Shown one piece after another: positions 24,993 to 38,805 of a stretch of DNA of 64,000 nucleotides; position 1 is the first letter of the stretch; each line of letters opens with the position of its first letter. The notes beneath the pieces were generated by a model. That model worked only from the letters and a program-made list of their open reading frames with translations. It ran no database searches and had not been told where the DNA came from. The position numbers were made by a program, and so were the translations under genes. Origin of the DNA: Callorhinchus milii (Eukaryota). The DNA is taken from assembly GCF_018977255.1 (NCBI RefSeq), contig NW_024704743.1, forward strand, positions 107,324,001-107,388,000, read 5' to 3'.

Positions 24993-27900
24993 TAGAATGC
25001 ATTAGATTCATGTTGGTGAGAGCCAAGGCTTGGCTCTCTGAGTCACTCCCATTCCTTGAGTGTGCACTGGGATTTTGGCAAGCTTCCTTCGACCACCCAC
25101 CCTTGGCTTGTTGGATTAATAGAAGATGAGGGAGAAGAATACCTGCCTTTAGTTCAGAATTCAGATAATTAATTACATTAAGAACTAAAATTCTTTAAAC
25201 AGCATGTCAACATGCAGGCACAACAATAATATCAAGGGTTTCTAGTATAAGCCTGTAGAGTTGTTTAATTTTGCAATTATCACAGAATTTTCCACAGTTG
25301 TTTTGGTTCATGCACTTGACTAGGCATAATCTATTATGAATTCTGTAATTTATTCAACAGATGAATAATTGATCCACTAAGTAAAACATCTGACATTCCA
25401 GTTAAAGGTTCAACTGGGGCAAAAACACTAATGAAAAATCTTTTTTTTTGACAAATCGCTTCTATAATTATTCAAGAAAACATTTAATCCCCATTAGAAA
25501 AATATGCAGTGGGTTCACAAATTCAACTCTAAATAAAGGGGGGAATTTCACATTTAGCTTTGACTGCAGCAACAAGTAGTCAGCTAGTTTCCTGACTTTA
25601 CCACCTGCCTCCTGGCTTAACATTGCAAGCAAGAAGCATGCAATTATTATGAGGAAATGAAAATAGATGACACTGCTCATTGCACGTACAAAGATGCTGG
25701 CAAGAAAAAAGCATGCTGCATGCTTAGGTCTGGTGACCAAACCCTGGGGAAAATGTGCCCTGTGCCTGTTAAAACACTAGAAATTCAGAGGTCCACATCT
25801 TGGAGTAGTTTTCATCACTACGACCATCAAAGATGAACCTCTCCAGTTTTCAAAATGCTGATATTTTTGGAACTGTTAAACGCTCAATGCCTTATGCTTT
25901 AGGTTATGGAGATTTATATTTGGTGTTGTATTTCATCTGAGCAAACCCACTCCTCACATCCAATGCATATCTGTTTAGATGTGACTGAATAATGTTTATA
26001 ATGAGTTGTAACTATACCTGCAATTTATCATACACTCTTAAAGTGACAGGTTATCTTTTGTGCGGGTACACAAGCTTTAATTAGAAGATGTTGAAAACCA
26101 TTTGAAATGAAATCTACAGACCTTTTACAAGATGTGATTATGCTTTGACTAGTATTGTTAATGAAAAATGCAGTTGCTTATAATCTCCATCAAGGTTTCA
26201 CAAAGCATTCTTCGGAAAATAACTCACATTTTTTTCAAGGAAAGCAAATAGGATTTTTTTTAAGGCTGGGCAGAATGATAAGAATGTTGTTTTAATAATA
26301 TTTTGAATAGTTTTCCTTATCACACTGCCTTTCCACATGAGTATTCAAATCTATGAGATACAAGGATCCTGCTGCCCACACCATGGGATCTTGCTCGTCT
26401 TCAATTTTCCTTAATTTGTGTTGTGAATAACAAAATACTCATAATGCAATTAGAAGATAATCAGCCTTGTAATTATGATAATTGCTAGAGACTTACATCA
26501 ATCCTCCAGCAAAGTGATAGGATTTCAGGGGAGCTGTTAAAACAGAGAGAGGGAGTGGATAAATTGATGAATGGCTTAGATAGGCATTTATTATTGGACA
26601 ATGTCTGTACAATGTTACCTCAAAGCAAAATGCCTCAAGGGGAGATTAAGAAAATGAGGTTTATGATCCAGCAATCAAATATGTTTGATCTATTCTCTGT
26701 CAGTGGTGGACATCTTTATTTACTGTAACGAGCCACGTAATGCATATTTTTTTCGGGAAGCGTACATTAGAAGAGAAACAACGGTGAGCTATTGTAAGAG
26801 TGGATTTCATTAATCTGTGGCCTCTTGTGAAAAACAGCTAGACATTTGTTCAAACATTAACAGATACCGCAGGGAGAATAAGTAAGAAAGACAAACTAAT
26901 AGAGATTAAGCACTCAATTGTAGTTGTGCTGCTGGAAAGGATTTAGTTTCATGTGGTTAAAGACCTGATTTAGTTGGGTAGTGGTTACTGTACAGGTGTA
27001 ATAATACATGGTGCAAATTCGATATGTGAATCATGTAACATTCATCTAAAATGATTGAAATAAGACAGTTGCATTTTCAATGGGCAAAGAAATGGCATTC
27101 ATCCTGAAAGGTCACAGGAAACTGATGAGAAATGGCAGACACACAGTCTGCTCTATTCATAATGTAATCAACCCTGCTTAAAAGGGCAACATCTGCCTGA
27201 TGTGGGATTTTGAACCCTCTTCTGCTCACTCTAATTTAATGCTACAACTTGGGTAAAAAGATTGCAGAGTGGAACAGTTTTAACTCGGCAGAACATGAAC
27301 AATGTAATGAATCTGATGCCAGAGCTGAAAATCTAACTTTTATCAACTTAATTCTAGGGGGAGAGGGGGGAGGGTTTGCTAGACTTTACAACATATTTGC
27401 TTGTACCTAAAGAGTATTTGCTAATAACAGCTGTTGGAAACTGGTTTAATGAAAAACAAGATTATGTTTTCAAATGTTGCATTGTAGATAATTCAGAAAT
27501 GAAATCGACAGGCAGTTTCACTGGAAACCAAGCCTACCCAGATATAAATATCGCAGCAGCCTTGTGTGGTGACACATGGATGCACATTCATGTGAGAAAT
27601 AATGCACCAAACATGAATAATTTAGGTCCCAGATGTTCTCTTTGGTGCACTTTGTCTAAGGAAGACGTTTTTCCGTTAATTTTGTACTACTTCAAAATGA
27701 TTCGCAACAGACTTTTAATATCATCTGTTAGGTTATCTGTTGCAGAAAAAGACAAAAATTGTCAACACACACACACACACACAATGTACATTGAAATGTT
27801 TTCCCTTTTCACCGCTGCTTGCAAATCGCCAGCCTAATCGGTAGACAATGGGAACAATAAAGGATTTACTCCAATATAATAGTTTGCCTCCAAATAGTCA

Positions 27901-29814
27901 AGATTAACGATTTATAAAAACAAAATGCTTTTGAGAGAAGGGCTCTACATTACTTCTTCACTGACTGTCTACAATTGACTAGAATTTTTAGAGAGATTTT
28001 AATTACATTGACAGCATAGATACAGCTTTAGATATCCTTTATCTGACCAGTAAAACCCTAGTTGGCAAAAACAGAAGTGTAGATTTGCTCAGGAATACAT
28101 TACGCAAAAAACGTGAAAGGACAAAGAATAGTAAAATGACATTCAGTACTCCGAAATCAACTTTAACCCATTTAGCAGTTTGATGTATACCTAATGGCGC
28201 TGCTGGTATTCCAGGGATTTTGTGTTACATAAATTATAACACATCCCCCTTAGGCTAATACTGTCCAGTCAATCTTTTATTCAAGCAGAAATGCAAGTTT
28301 GTGCCAAAGAAAGGGTTAATTGACTCATTCAAAGGGTCGCACATGCCCAATTTCTACTGAACCAGCATTTCATCATAATAAGAAGCATTTCAACTTAACA
28401 AGAGCTCAAATAAAAAGAGGCAGATTCAAGGATTTGATTTCATAAAAAAACGCTACTCTGTCCAGTGCAATGTAAAGAAGGTAATTGTTAATAAAGTGCC
28501 TATGACAGCAATAGAAGAACTAGCAATAAACAGGTGGGATTATACATCAGAAACTGTAGGGAATAAATGAATAGACTGAAGGGTTTAGGGGGAAATAGTC
28601 CTAAGTAGGAAGTATTTGTAAAAAGTAATTTAAAAAAATAAGTTCCACTTTTTTTCCCAAAAGTATTTATTTAATTGTTATAAATATAGCTTCAGAGATT
28701 TCTCTTCTCCCTTTCTCTCTTTAGTCTTATAGCCATTTTCAACTGAGTGAACATGGATGCAGTATTCTGTCACACACCACTTTGTATCTACTCATTCTTT
28801 TTCAGTTATTCCCACTTATGCATTCTCCTAAAGTGCCCTTCTTATCAATAATTCTATTCGATTTTTCACCTGATGAAATCACTGTTTCCCTGTTTGTTCC
28901 CTACTATTATGATTTTGTTTTACACAGATTTCCTGTACATTTGTGTACATTATTAACATTGGCTCAACCCCTGACTCGGGGGCAGGGGGGAAAAATAGAA
29001 TGAATGACCAGGACAATAGTGTGGTACTCAAAATACGAATTGATAAACTAACAACAATAATAATAATAATCCTTGCATTTGATCTAGTGCCTTATCACAT
29101 TGTTGAGGCGTCTCAAAGCACTTCACAGAATATACTGTGAAGTGAAATGACTTTGATTTAATTTAACAATAATTATACACTGTAGAAGGGAATGGGTCAC
29201 ATGCGGAAAACAAAACTTGTACACCAGTTTTAACAATAAAAAGAAAGGTTTCTTTTGAAAAAAGGAAGCTCTACCTTTTTTACATCAGTCTTCTCCAGAC
29301 TTCCCTCCCTTCTCACCAGCCTCCAACTCCTGATTGGAGTCCAGCCCTTGTTAGTTCCCTTTACAGGTAGGTTGATCACCAATAACCATAAAAAGTAGTG
29401 ACAACAACAACAACAACAGCAAGATTCCATTTATTGAGCGCCTTTCACGTCGGGAGGACGTCCCAAGGCGCTGACAGGTTTTACCTTCCTGTCACATCTA
29501 CGTATTTCCGTCCTATCAATGTGCCTACCATCAGTAACAATATTCCTTCCATTTCCAGTGGATATACCATACCCATTGAGATGTTTCAAAGAGTTTCACA
29601 GGATGATTACTGTTAGATGTATTTTGTAATTAAACACAGAAGGCAAATTGCACATATAATGTGCCACAAACAGCCATGAAATGAATGATCAACTTTATCT
29701 GGGAGATTGCTGTCCAGGACACTGGGAAAAATTCCCTTCTCTTTTCGAGTACCACCTGAACATTATGTTAGGACATTAGAACTGAGTCTATTATGGGAGT
29801 TATTATGTTATTAT

Positions 29815-30177
29815 GGGAGTCCCATAGCATAATGGTTGGAGCACTTGCCTTCAAGCGAGAGGACCCAGGTGGGGCGAAAACTTAGGCAAATTTCCTTACC
29901 CAACACTCTGTTTATCAAGCAGTATGTAGTAACCCAGTTGTTATTCAATTGGCGGATCTCTTTCCGGGGGTAATAATCCCTGCAAAAAGAACAAATAATA
30001 ATCTGGTCACTCAAACCACGACTGTTTGTGGGACACTGCTGTGTGCAATTGGCTGCCGCGCTTCTCCCACAAAATATACAGTCAATTCACTTTGCAGTAT
30101 ATTTTGTGAAGCCCTTTGAGACGTCTCGGAGACGTGATAAGGGACTATATCAAATGCAAGGATTATTATTATTATTC
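29815..30177 (+). mobile_element. tRNA-derived SINE, long subfamily; adjacent SINE/L2 tails at 29050-29155 and 29401-29478 and a Deu fragment at 29570-29765 (all minus)
   Basis: Head GGGAGTCCCATAGCATAATGG, extra central segment CTGTTTATCAAGCAGTATGTAG...TTGGCGGAT, shared tail. Confidence 0.88.
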
Positions 30178-30894
30178 CTCTTCCTACAGCTCCACCCATG
30201 ACTACATAATGTTGTAGTGATGGGAGGAGCTGTAGGAAGATGCTAGCCTGCCCAGTGCATCCCACTTCTGTGTGAGAGGGATAGGGGGCAGATCCACGAG
30301 GATGGTGGATGGTGGATAACTAACATCCAAAACATATTAGAGCTGAACGTGGCATCACCCCTTTTGAAATCCCGTTTTCCACCTTACCTATTTACTGCCA
30401 AATGCTCTGCTATTGACTGTACCATCATCTATCTCATCCTCTGAGATGCAACAATAGGCATACTGCCGTGAAACTTGTGCTGAATGCAGCTTAGATGTGT
30501 TATATAGGGTGAGGACCATTATGGGAGAAGAATTCCCCTAATTCTCTTTGTCTTCCTGTTATGCAGGTGTTTGTTTGAGTTACACAGTTACTACACTTTA
30601 TAGTATATCCTATTAAGTGATTTGAGACATCCTCCTGACATGAACAGTGCTATACTAAATGTAAGGATTATCATTATTAATATTATTATTATTAAAACAA
30701 AGCTGAATTTGTCAGCTCAGATGCCACCTGGGCATTGTATTGTGAAAGTCTTTAATTGTGTATAGACCTATTGCCATTCAGTGGGACCCCATATGTTTTA
30801 TCTTTCTCACCTTACAATTGGTTTGTTAAAATTTAAGATCATGCTATAGTTTGCAAAACATCAACCTAGTCCTTGATGTTGCTTAAAAGCTATT

Positions 30895-31140
30895 ACTGTG
30901 ATTTTGTTTTTACAAAGGGTTGTGGAGAATGTGGAATGCCTTACAAAAAATGATTATGGAAGCTGAATCCATAATGGCATTTGAAAGAGAATTGGAGAAA
31001 TAATTCAGGAAATCTTACATTAAAGGATATAGGGAAAGAGCAGGGGAGAATAATTTAATTAGGAAATAATTGTAGGGGAGCTAGGACTAGTACTAAACCA
31101 TTGAGCCAAATGACCTTGTTTTGTTCTGTATATGATTCAA
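30895..31140 (+). mobile_element. CR1 3' end
   Basis: TTTTTACAAAGGGTTGTGGAGAATGTGGAATGCCTTAC (RVV..WN.L) ... GGATATAGGGAAAGAGCAGG ... TTCTGTATATGATTC. Confidence 0.8.
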
Positions 31141-31395
31141 TATCTGACAGTGAGTATTTGACCACCTCTATTCTATCTACATCTATCCTTATGAATTTTA
31201 ATCTCTATGAATTTCCAAATGATGACTTATGCGCAGTTTGCTTTTTCCTTTCTTCTGGGGGATGGGCGAGACTGCAAAAACTCATTTCTTTTATTTCTCT
31301 TGTTCTGTGACACTTTTATTCTTTCAGTCTAGGCTGGATTTACAATGAGATCTCAGAGGTGAACGAAGCATTCCAACCCAGAGTGCTGGCAGGAA

Positions 31396-31602
31396 GATTT
31401 TTATGCTATTGCACGTTTCCCACAGGGTCCTAGGTGCTATTGATTGTACACATGTGAAAATATATCTAATTTAACAGAATTAATCATTTCATGCAAAAAA
31501 ATACGGTATTCTCTGAGGGGATACAAGTCATGTTGCCAAACACGATACTGCCTAAGTACTGACAAACAACCCAGGAGTTTGTCACAAATGTTTTTATCTT
31601 TC
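31396..31602 (+). pseudogene. Fossil PIF/Harbinger DDE transposase fragment
   Basis: With one frameshift reads DFYAIARFP/RVLGAIDCTHVKI; further on, frameshifted YSL..IQVM and PGVCH..FIF. These match the Harbinger/HARBI1 motifs FP.V.GAIDCTH, HS.N.Q and PGS.HD in order and approximate spacing. Confidence 0.75.
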
Positions 31603-32389
31603 TTTAATTCTCATTCTGTATGAGACAGACGTTTATTTAAATAGTAATCCTTGCATTTGATTACAGCATCTTTTCATGTCAAAATATCCCACAGAGATTC
31701 ACACCGAGTTTTCAGGAACGTGTAGTGACTGTGTTTTTGTTTTGGCAAACGCAGAAGTCAATTTTCACAAAGCACTGTCCCACAAACAGCCATGAAGTGG
31801 ATGAACATTTTTTTAAAATCTGGGGATCATCAGGACACCAGCAGAAACTCTGTTCTCTGTTCGAATTGAATAGTGCCAAAGGCCAGTCTCTTGCAGACTA
31901 CCAGTCTTTTTTTGGCTCACTATAGACTCCAGAGGTTTGCAAATGCACAAACTCCCTTTCTTTTGCTTTCTCAATGTAGCTCTTCTCACTAATTTGTCTT
32001 ATGTTAAACGTGCCCTCCCTCTTGACCTTGCTCCTCACAGTGATCTATTAGTAGTAGACAAATAAGTCAGATTACCAGAGAGGATAGAATAGTCTCAGCC
32101 CTGAGTAGTGTTCTTAACTAATGTTATGTGAAAGTCAAAGTAAGGAGGGAAATACAGTTTCGTATAAGAAACAATGGGAACAGAGGCACGTGAAGGAAGT
32201 GTGGCATCTCAAAGGCACTGCATAAGAGAATAGGAACACAAAGGCATATAGAGCAAATGCAACAGAGGAACTGAGATACAGGGTTACTGAGATTGGAACT
32301 GTCATATAAGGGAACAAAAGGTGACAACAGGGGCATGGGAGCCATATGGAGGAATATACAGGAATCAGAAACTGGAGATTTTGCAGAAT

Positions 32390-33102
32390 GCATCATTCCT
32401 TTCCTTTCCAAGGTCCTTGAAAGAGTTGTTGCTTCCCAACTTCACTCCTTCCTCTCCTGCCACTCCCTTTACGAACCCCTCCAATCGGGTTTCTGTGCTG
32501 CCCACAGCACAGCAACAGCCCTGGTCAAGGTGACAAATGACATTCTGTCCATCTGTGACCAGGGCTGCCTCTTCGTCCTCCTCGATCTCTCTGCTGCCTT
32601 TGACACTATGGACCTCCTTATCCTCCTCCACTGCCTCTCCTCTCACCTTAACCTTCATAGTTCTGTCTTTGAATGGTTCAGATCCTATCTCTCACAATGG
32701 CTTCACTTTGTCTTCACAAATGACTTCTCCTCCAGCCCCCGCACCATCTCGTGCAGTGTTCCTCAGGGCTCTTCTTTGGTCTCCTCCTCTTCAACCTGTA
32801 CATGCTCCCTCTTGGTGACATCAACTGCAGACATCGGGTCAACTTTCACATGTACACGGATGACACCTATCTCTCTGCAGCCACCCTCGACCCCAAGACC
32901 ACTGATGTCCTGACAGACTGCCTGTCAGACATCAAGTCCTGGATGAGAGCCAACTTTCCACAGTTGAACGTCAGCAAGACCGAGGCCCTCCTGATTGGTT
33001 CACATCAGCGCCTCTACACCTCAGGTACTGGCAGCATCAGCATCCAAGGATGCACACTCCACCAATCCAACCAGTCAGGAACCTAGGCATTTTGTTCGAC
33101 CT
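32390..33102 (+). mobile_element. L2 reverse-transcriptase fragment, frameshifted
   Basis: PFLSKVLERVVASQL...QSGF...HST.TALVKVTND...LLDLSAAFDT...VPQGS; second frame FHMYTDDT, KTEALLIG. Confidence 0.93.
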
Positions 33103-33279
33103 GGCGGAAGATGGAAATTGAGCTAGATGGACCATGATCTTTTTTGCACATATGTCCCAAGCTACCTATATGCTATATCCCATAATGTTATTTTCTAAAA
33201 GAAATCTATCTAATCTGTGTTTCAAAGAATAATGATAATAATCCTTGGATTTGATATAGGGCTTTTCATTTCTTCTAGA

Positions 33280-33598
33280 TAATAATAATAATAATAATCC
33301 TTGCATTTCATATAGCGCTTTTCACGTCGGGAGGACGTCCCAAAGCGCTTCACAGAACACACTGTAAAGTGAACTGACTGCACACCTGTGGGCGAACGCG
33401 GCAGCCAATTGCGCACAGCAGTGTCCCACAAACAGTGTGGATTGAAATAACCAACTTATTATTGTTTTTTTTCTTGAGGGATTATTATCAAGCCGTGTGG
33501 AGTAGGGAAACTTGCCCAAGGTATCGCCCTGCCGGGAATCGAACCCAGGTCTCTCACTTGCAAGGCAAGTGCTCTAACTACTGAGCCATAGGACACCA
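33280..33598 (-). mobile_element. Full-length SINE (short subfamily); a second short tail at about 33228-33279
   Basis: B box GGTTCGATTCC, shared body, (TAT)n tail. Confidence 0.92.
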
Positions 33599-33599
33599 C

Positions 33600-34690
33600 A
33601 AAGAATCAACACTTCCTGCTTCAACCGTTTCCTTAGGGAGCCTGTTCCACAGATTCACTATTCGCTCACTGAAATAGTGTTTGCGTAGAATTGTTCTGAA
33701 TTTACCCCCCTTCAATCACAGGCCTCTAGTTTACTACTCTGGACAAGTTGAAACAGCCTATAATTAATTTATTTCTGTCCAGATGCTCCATGATATTATC
33801 CTTAATAAGAGTCTCCATAATTTTACTCACAATGGACATCAAACTTACTGGTCTGTAGTTTCCTGGGTCACTTTTGTTACCTTTCTTAAAAATAGGAGAA
33901 ACATCTGCCTTTCTCCAGTCCCCTGGCACCTCTCCAGCATTCACTGATTTTTGAAAGATTTGTGCTAGCGCTTCTGCAACTTCCTCCTTTAGTTCCTTAA
34001 GGATCCCTGGGTTCAATTTATTCTCCCCCTGAGATTTATTTACCTTTAGTTTACACAGCTGTTTGGCAACCATACCAGTAGTAATATGAATATTGTCACA
34101 ACTTTTCTCTGTGACATCCTTGAATTCTCTTTCCTGATCAGATAGGTTACCCATCTCCTCCTTGGTAAAGACTGATGCAAAAAACTTATTTAGCACTATT
34201 GCACCTGTGCAGCATTATTTGTCATGTTCTCTCCCAAACTCACCTTCAGTGGCCCTATTCCACTGCTTGTTTTTCTTTTACTCTTAATGTAACTAAAAAA
34301 CCTTTTGTTATTATCCTTCACATCTCTTGCCATGTTAAATTCAAAGCATTTCTTGCCCATTCTGATGTCTATTTGCAGTCTTGGCATGCCTTCTGGTATT
34401 GATCCAACTTAATTCTGTGCCATTTTCCTTCATGGCCTTAAATGCCTTTTTTTTCCTCTTTATAATTTATTTTGTAGCCCCGTCCAACCAGGCAGGAGTG
34501 CCTTTAAGCTTGGTACCTTTGCTTTGCATGGTTACACGTTGTCTTCATAATCACGTCCTTGAAGGAATTCCATAGGTCCTCCACTCCCATTGCCGTATTT
34601 AAGTCTGTCAGGCCCATTCTGACTAGAATTCTCAAGTGCACAAAGTCAGTCCTCTGGAAATTTGGCAGTTTTGTTTGGTTTTTTATAACC
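33600..34690 (-). mobile_element. CR1 LINE ORF2 fragment, internally deleted
   Basis: LNKFFASVFT...VPGDWRKADVSPIFKKG.KSDPGNYRPVSL.SIVSKIME and K.FFSYIKSKR, joined directly to the C-terminal KTRG...F..RIVNLWN.LP region. Confidence 0.9.
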
Positions 34691-35859
34691 TTATCAAATC
34701 TTGTGATTGTCTACAATCCTAGACTGTATGAGTTCATATTCCCAACATGGGGTTTGAACCCACAGTCTTCTGACTCAAAGGCAAGAGTGCTACCAACTGA
34801 GCTAGGCTGCTTCATTATATTCATGTTTAATTTCCAAGGTAATTTTATTTTTTACATTACCAAAAGATACCTCATTTTTGAGTATTGGTGGAGCGGAGTC
34901 CACTGAGATTCTAGATGGGTGCGAGACATAAGGAGATAGTGTTTCCCCTCCCTTCCCTTCTCCCTCCCTGGCCCCAGCTCGGGTCTGAAATGCTGTACAC
35001 TGTCCAGCGCCTTGGGCTGTCCTCCCGACGTGAAAGGCGCTATAAAAATGTCGTTGTGCCCTTAAACTGTGAGTGAATTCCCATACACAGTACTGCTGAG
35101 GAAAGGGTAATACTGAGGCATTTATATTCTACTCTTTGCTTGCCAATGTAATTTGTTTGATTGAAATAGAGTAAACATGTTTTTTTAAATTTATCAATGC
35201 ACGTTGTCGCAATATATTATGTCCAAATTTCAGAAAGCGCCCATAATAAATTAATCTTATTTCATCACACATGCCTCATCAAAATGAGGATGAGACTTCA
35301 TTGCTCACAAAATACATGGTCAATCCACTTTACAGTATATCCTGGCTCAGGAAACTGGACTGCCAAGACCACCACAGAGGGTTGGCTTCGTTCTGACACT
35401 CTATTGCTAGACATGTCACCTTGGAGTCAGTTCAGCTCCAAGGAGACCCTGCTTACCTTACTCGGGAAGAATAGTCAGGAGTCTTGTCCAATCTGGAGGT
35501 GTCTTAAATGATCACCAGATGTTTTCAGTCTTCCACAGAATGGCTAAGCTAACAATCTCACATCCATTTAACAAACATGAACTGTATGTGACTGAAGATG
35601 ATACCCGGAGACCAAAATAATTTTAATGGATCTGATTCAGCAGCATTTTTTCAAGGGCTCTGATTTGTTCACACAACCTGTTGATCAAGAAAGCAGAACA
35701 GAAATAGATCATTAGGCCCAACTAGTCCATTACCTCAATCACATTACAATCAATATAAGTTGATCTTACATTGATAGTTATTAGTTACTGACTTACTGAC
35801 CAATGGAAATAGCTTCACTCTTACCAAAGCCCATCTTCATTCTGACCGCAAGAAAGAAA

Positions 35860-36245
35860 GAATTTCCGTTTTTGTTGCACATTATTATATCTAAAAATGT
35901 TTTACAGTCATTATTGTCAAATTGTAGTGATTATTTTGGAACAGCTATTTTTCCACGTAGCAATGTTTTATAGATAGCAGTGAGGTGAATGAACAATTTA
36001 TCTGGAGGATGTTAACAGGATGCATGGATAAATTCCTTTCTCAAATAGTGTCATGACATTTTTAACATCCTCCTGAAGAACCGGCTGACTGGACCTTAAT
36101 TTAACACATCAGTTGCAACGCTGACAATACAACATTCTCCCAGTAATGTGTTGGAGTGCCACCCTAGACAAAAAGCAGAAGCTTGGAGGTCACAACCCTC
36201 TGATCGAGCAGAGGTGAGAATGGTACCAACTGAGCCAGGTTGACA
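35860..36245 (-). mobile_element. Old Deu-domain SINE, near full length
   Basis: tRNA-like head (reverse complement of GTACCAACTGAGCCAGGTTGACA), degenerate Deu domain and tail. Confidence 0.65.
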
Positions 36246-37269
36246 CCTGTTGGCAAAGCTAATAAGTTTCTACCTTCTCTAAGCTTTTCCTGAACTCAAA
36301 CTGATCATGTTTCATGTCACATCTTAATATGGTCATGATCAGATGAGAATTACCTAAATTTCTGCAAGACAGAGATGTTTGCCCACAAAATATACAGTCA
36401 ATTCACTTTACAGTATATCCTGTGAAGTGCTTTGAGACGTCTCAAAGATGTGATTAGGCGCTATGCCAAATGCAAGGAACATTATTATTATTATTGATTG
36501 TTTTTTGTTACATGAAAGAACAATGAGAACATTTGAACTCTGTGGAATTGAAGTTTTACAGGGTGCTTCTAAGGAACAGATATTCCTGTGGATTATCGAT
36601 CAGAGCGATGATCTGAGGCATCGGTGTCACCTCAGCTCAGTTGGAAGCACTCTCACTCTGGGTCAGAAGGTTATGGCTCATGGTTGTTCAATACTTTCTC
36701 CACTAGGGAATCCACATTAGCTAAACTGCATTTTTTTGATCAGTAAATAAAAATTGAGTAATAGACACTGTCATTGGGCATGTGATCTCAATAACTCATA
36801 TTTGCACAGAATATGCATATGTACTTTTACCTTTTTGTGTGTTTGTTGGTAAAATAGTAAGCTAAAAAGCAGCATGTGAACATGTGCTTTACTGCCTTGG
36901 AGACTGTTTATTGGTTATCTGCTAAAATGGTGTGTACCTGGGGTGAAAATGCTAGATTCCAGCACTATGGAAACACCAGTAATATTGTACGGAGAGGGGA
37001 GCTGTCAACCATGGTCTGCTCGATCAATCGGATTACCCACTCCAGGCCAGCAGAAGACAGCCAGCCCAGCCAAAAACGATCAACTCCAACAGGGCATGAC
37101 ATGGCAAAGGATAAGTAAACATACATATAAACATATATATGAAGTACATTTACCTGTATTGTGTGAGCATATGTAAGGCACTTTCTACTAAAGTTAGTGC
37201 GCGTGGCTAAAATGGTGTCGCCACAGCCACTCCTGTGGCTAGTCAGAAATTTCTAATGGACAACACTGG

Positions 37270-37640
37270 TCTAGCTTGACACTCCAGTGCAGCCCGAAGA
37301 GAATGCTATGTTGCTGGAGGTCACCATCCTTCAGCTGAGCTATTAATTTAAGGTCCCAACTGCCCGTTTTTGTTGGTTCAGGTAGAATTGAAAGTTTCCG
37401 CGTTACTGTTTCAAAGAAAAGTAGCAAATTCTCCCTATGTTGGTCAATATACCTCTCTTATGTAAATTCACCAGAAAGAGTTTAAATTAGTCATCCGCCT
37501 CTCTATGCTGTTCGTGGAATGTTGCTGGCTCCAGATTATTTGCCAACAATAATAGTCATTATACTTCAAAGTAATTCACTGTGTCAAGCACTTTAAGATG
37601 TTTTGCCATAATAAGGCTCTATATCAAATGCATTTATTAT
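37270..37640 (+). mobile_element. Old Deu-domain SINE
   Basis: GCTTGACACTCCAGTGCAG...GGAGGTCACCATCCTTCAGCTGAG...TTCAGGTAGA...CTTCAAAGTAATTCACTGTG. Confidence 0.7.
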
Positions 37641-38617
37641 TTATGACAGTGACTCATAGAACATTAGATTATTAAACTGTTAGAACAAAATAGGAGCTTA
37701 GGATAAAATGACTTCGGTGACTATATCGTGGTGGTGGAGGGTATGAGGGAGAAGGGGGTGGTACATAAATGTTCTAATTATCAAGGTGATAACTATCACA
37801 TCTTGTAGTATATTTTTCCCTATTTATTAGTTGGAGGGAGAACACATTTTGTCTCGTTAAATACAGACTCTGGAGACCATTCCCAAATGTCCTGTTGTAG
37901 GGAATAGGATAAAATATGTCTTTTGCTTCTTACACATAATTCATTAAAGACACTCAAGGACTGCCCCCTGTCTGAGTTGTGAGATTTGTATCCTGGCCCC
38001 AGGAGCAGGCCAGCATATTTTGTTCAGACCACTTGAGATCTTTTTCTGATGTGCCGAGGGATCTTTGAAACCCCCTCTTAGAATATTTAGTGTTTTATTG
38101 CATTTTATATCACACTTTTCCATATTTTAGCTATAGTGAGATATAAAAGTACAATATTTTATTGAATTTTATATCTCACTAGTAGTGCATGTTCCGTAAT
38201 CCTAACTAGTCACTATTTGGGTGTTTCTGATACATAATCCATTTGATTTGGTTTGCAGTTTTATTCAATTGTTAGGAAAATATTTAAATCATGCGCTAAC
38301 ATTTACTGCATTTCATCTACTTGTTCAAGGTGACTACTATTGTAATCATTTTATTATTATTGTATTGATCAAGTAATGATAAATTGCAGATTTTACCCCC
38401 AAAACATTTTTTCAGTGCCACCTGATGGCTCTGCAAGTCTATGCAGAAGGTAGCTAAACCACATAGGCTGGGGGAAGATATTTGGTTTGATACTATTCTG
38501 TGCTTAGCCAAGGAAAACAACAAGATGCCCTGGTGGAGAGATGGGAACATAAGCTGTGATTTATACTTCCAATCATTAGGGCTTAGCTCTGTGAACACTC
38601 ACTGACAAGGCTTACAC

Positions 38618-38805
38618 AATAATAATAATATAATAATAATTCTTGCATTTGATATAGCACCTTATCACATTTTCTAGACGTCTCAAAGCGCTTCACAGAA
38701 TATACTGTAAAGTGAATTGACTGCATTTTTTGGGGCAAAATGCAGCAGCCAATTGCACACAACCGTGTCCCACAAATAGTGACCAAATTATTATTATTAT
38801 TTTGC
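38618..38805 (-). mobile_element. SINE 3' half (similar fragments at 36375-36495 +, 41690-41890 -, 46015-46125 -, 48120-48302 +)
   Basis: Shared body GCAGCCAATTGCACAC...GTCCCACAAA and (ATA)n tail. Confidence 0.88.

Noticed and set aside
27376..27837. 153-aa ORF in unique sequence
   Set aside because: Non-ATG start, no recognisable domain, runs through a CA repeat.
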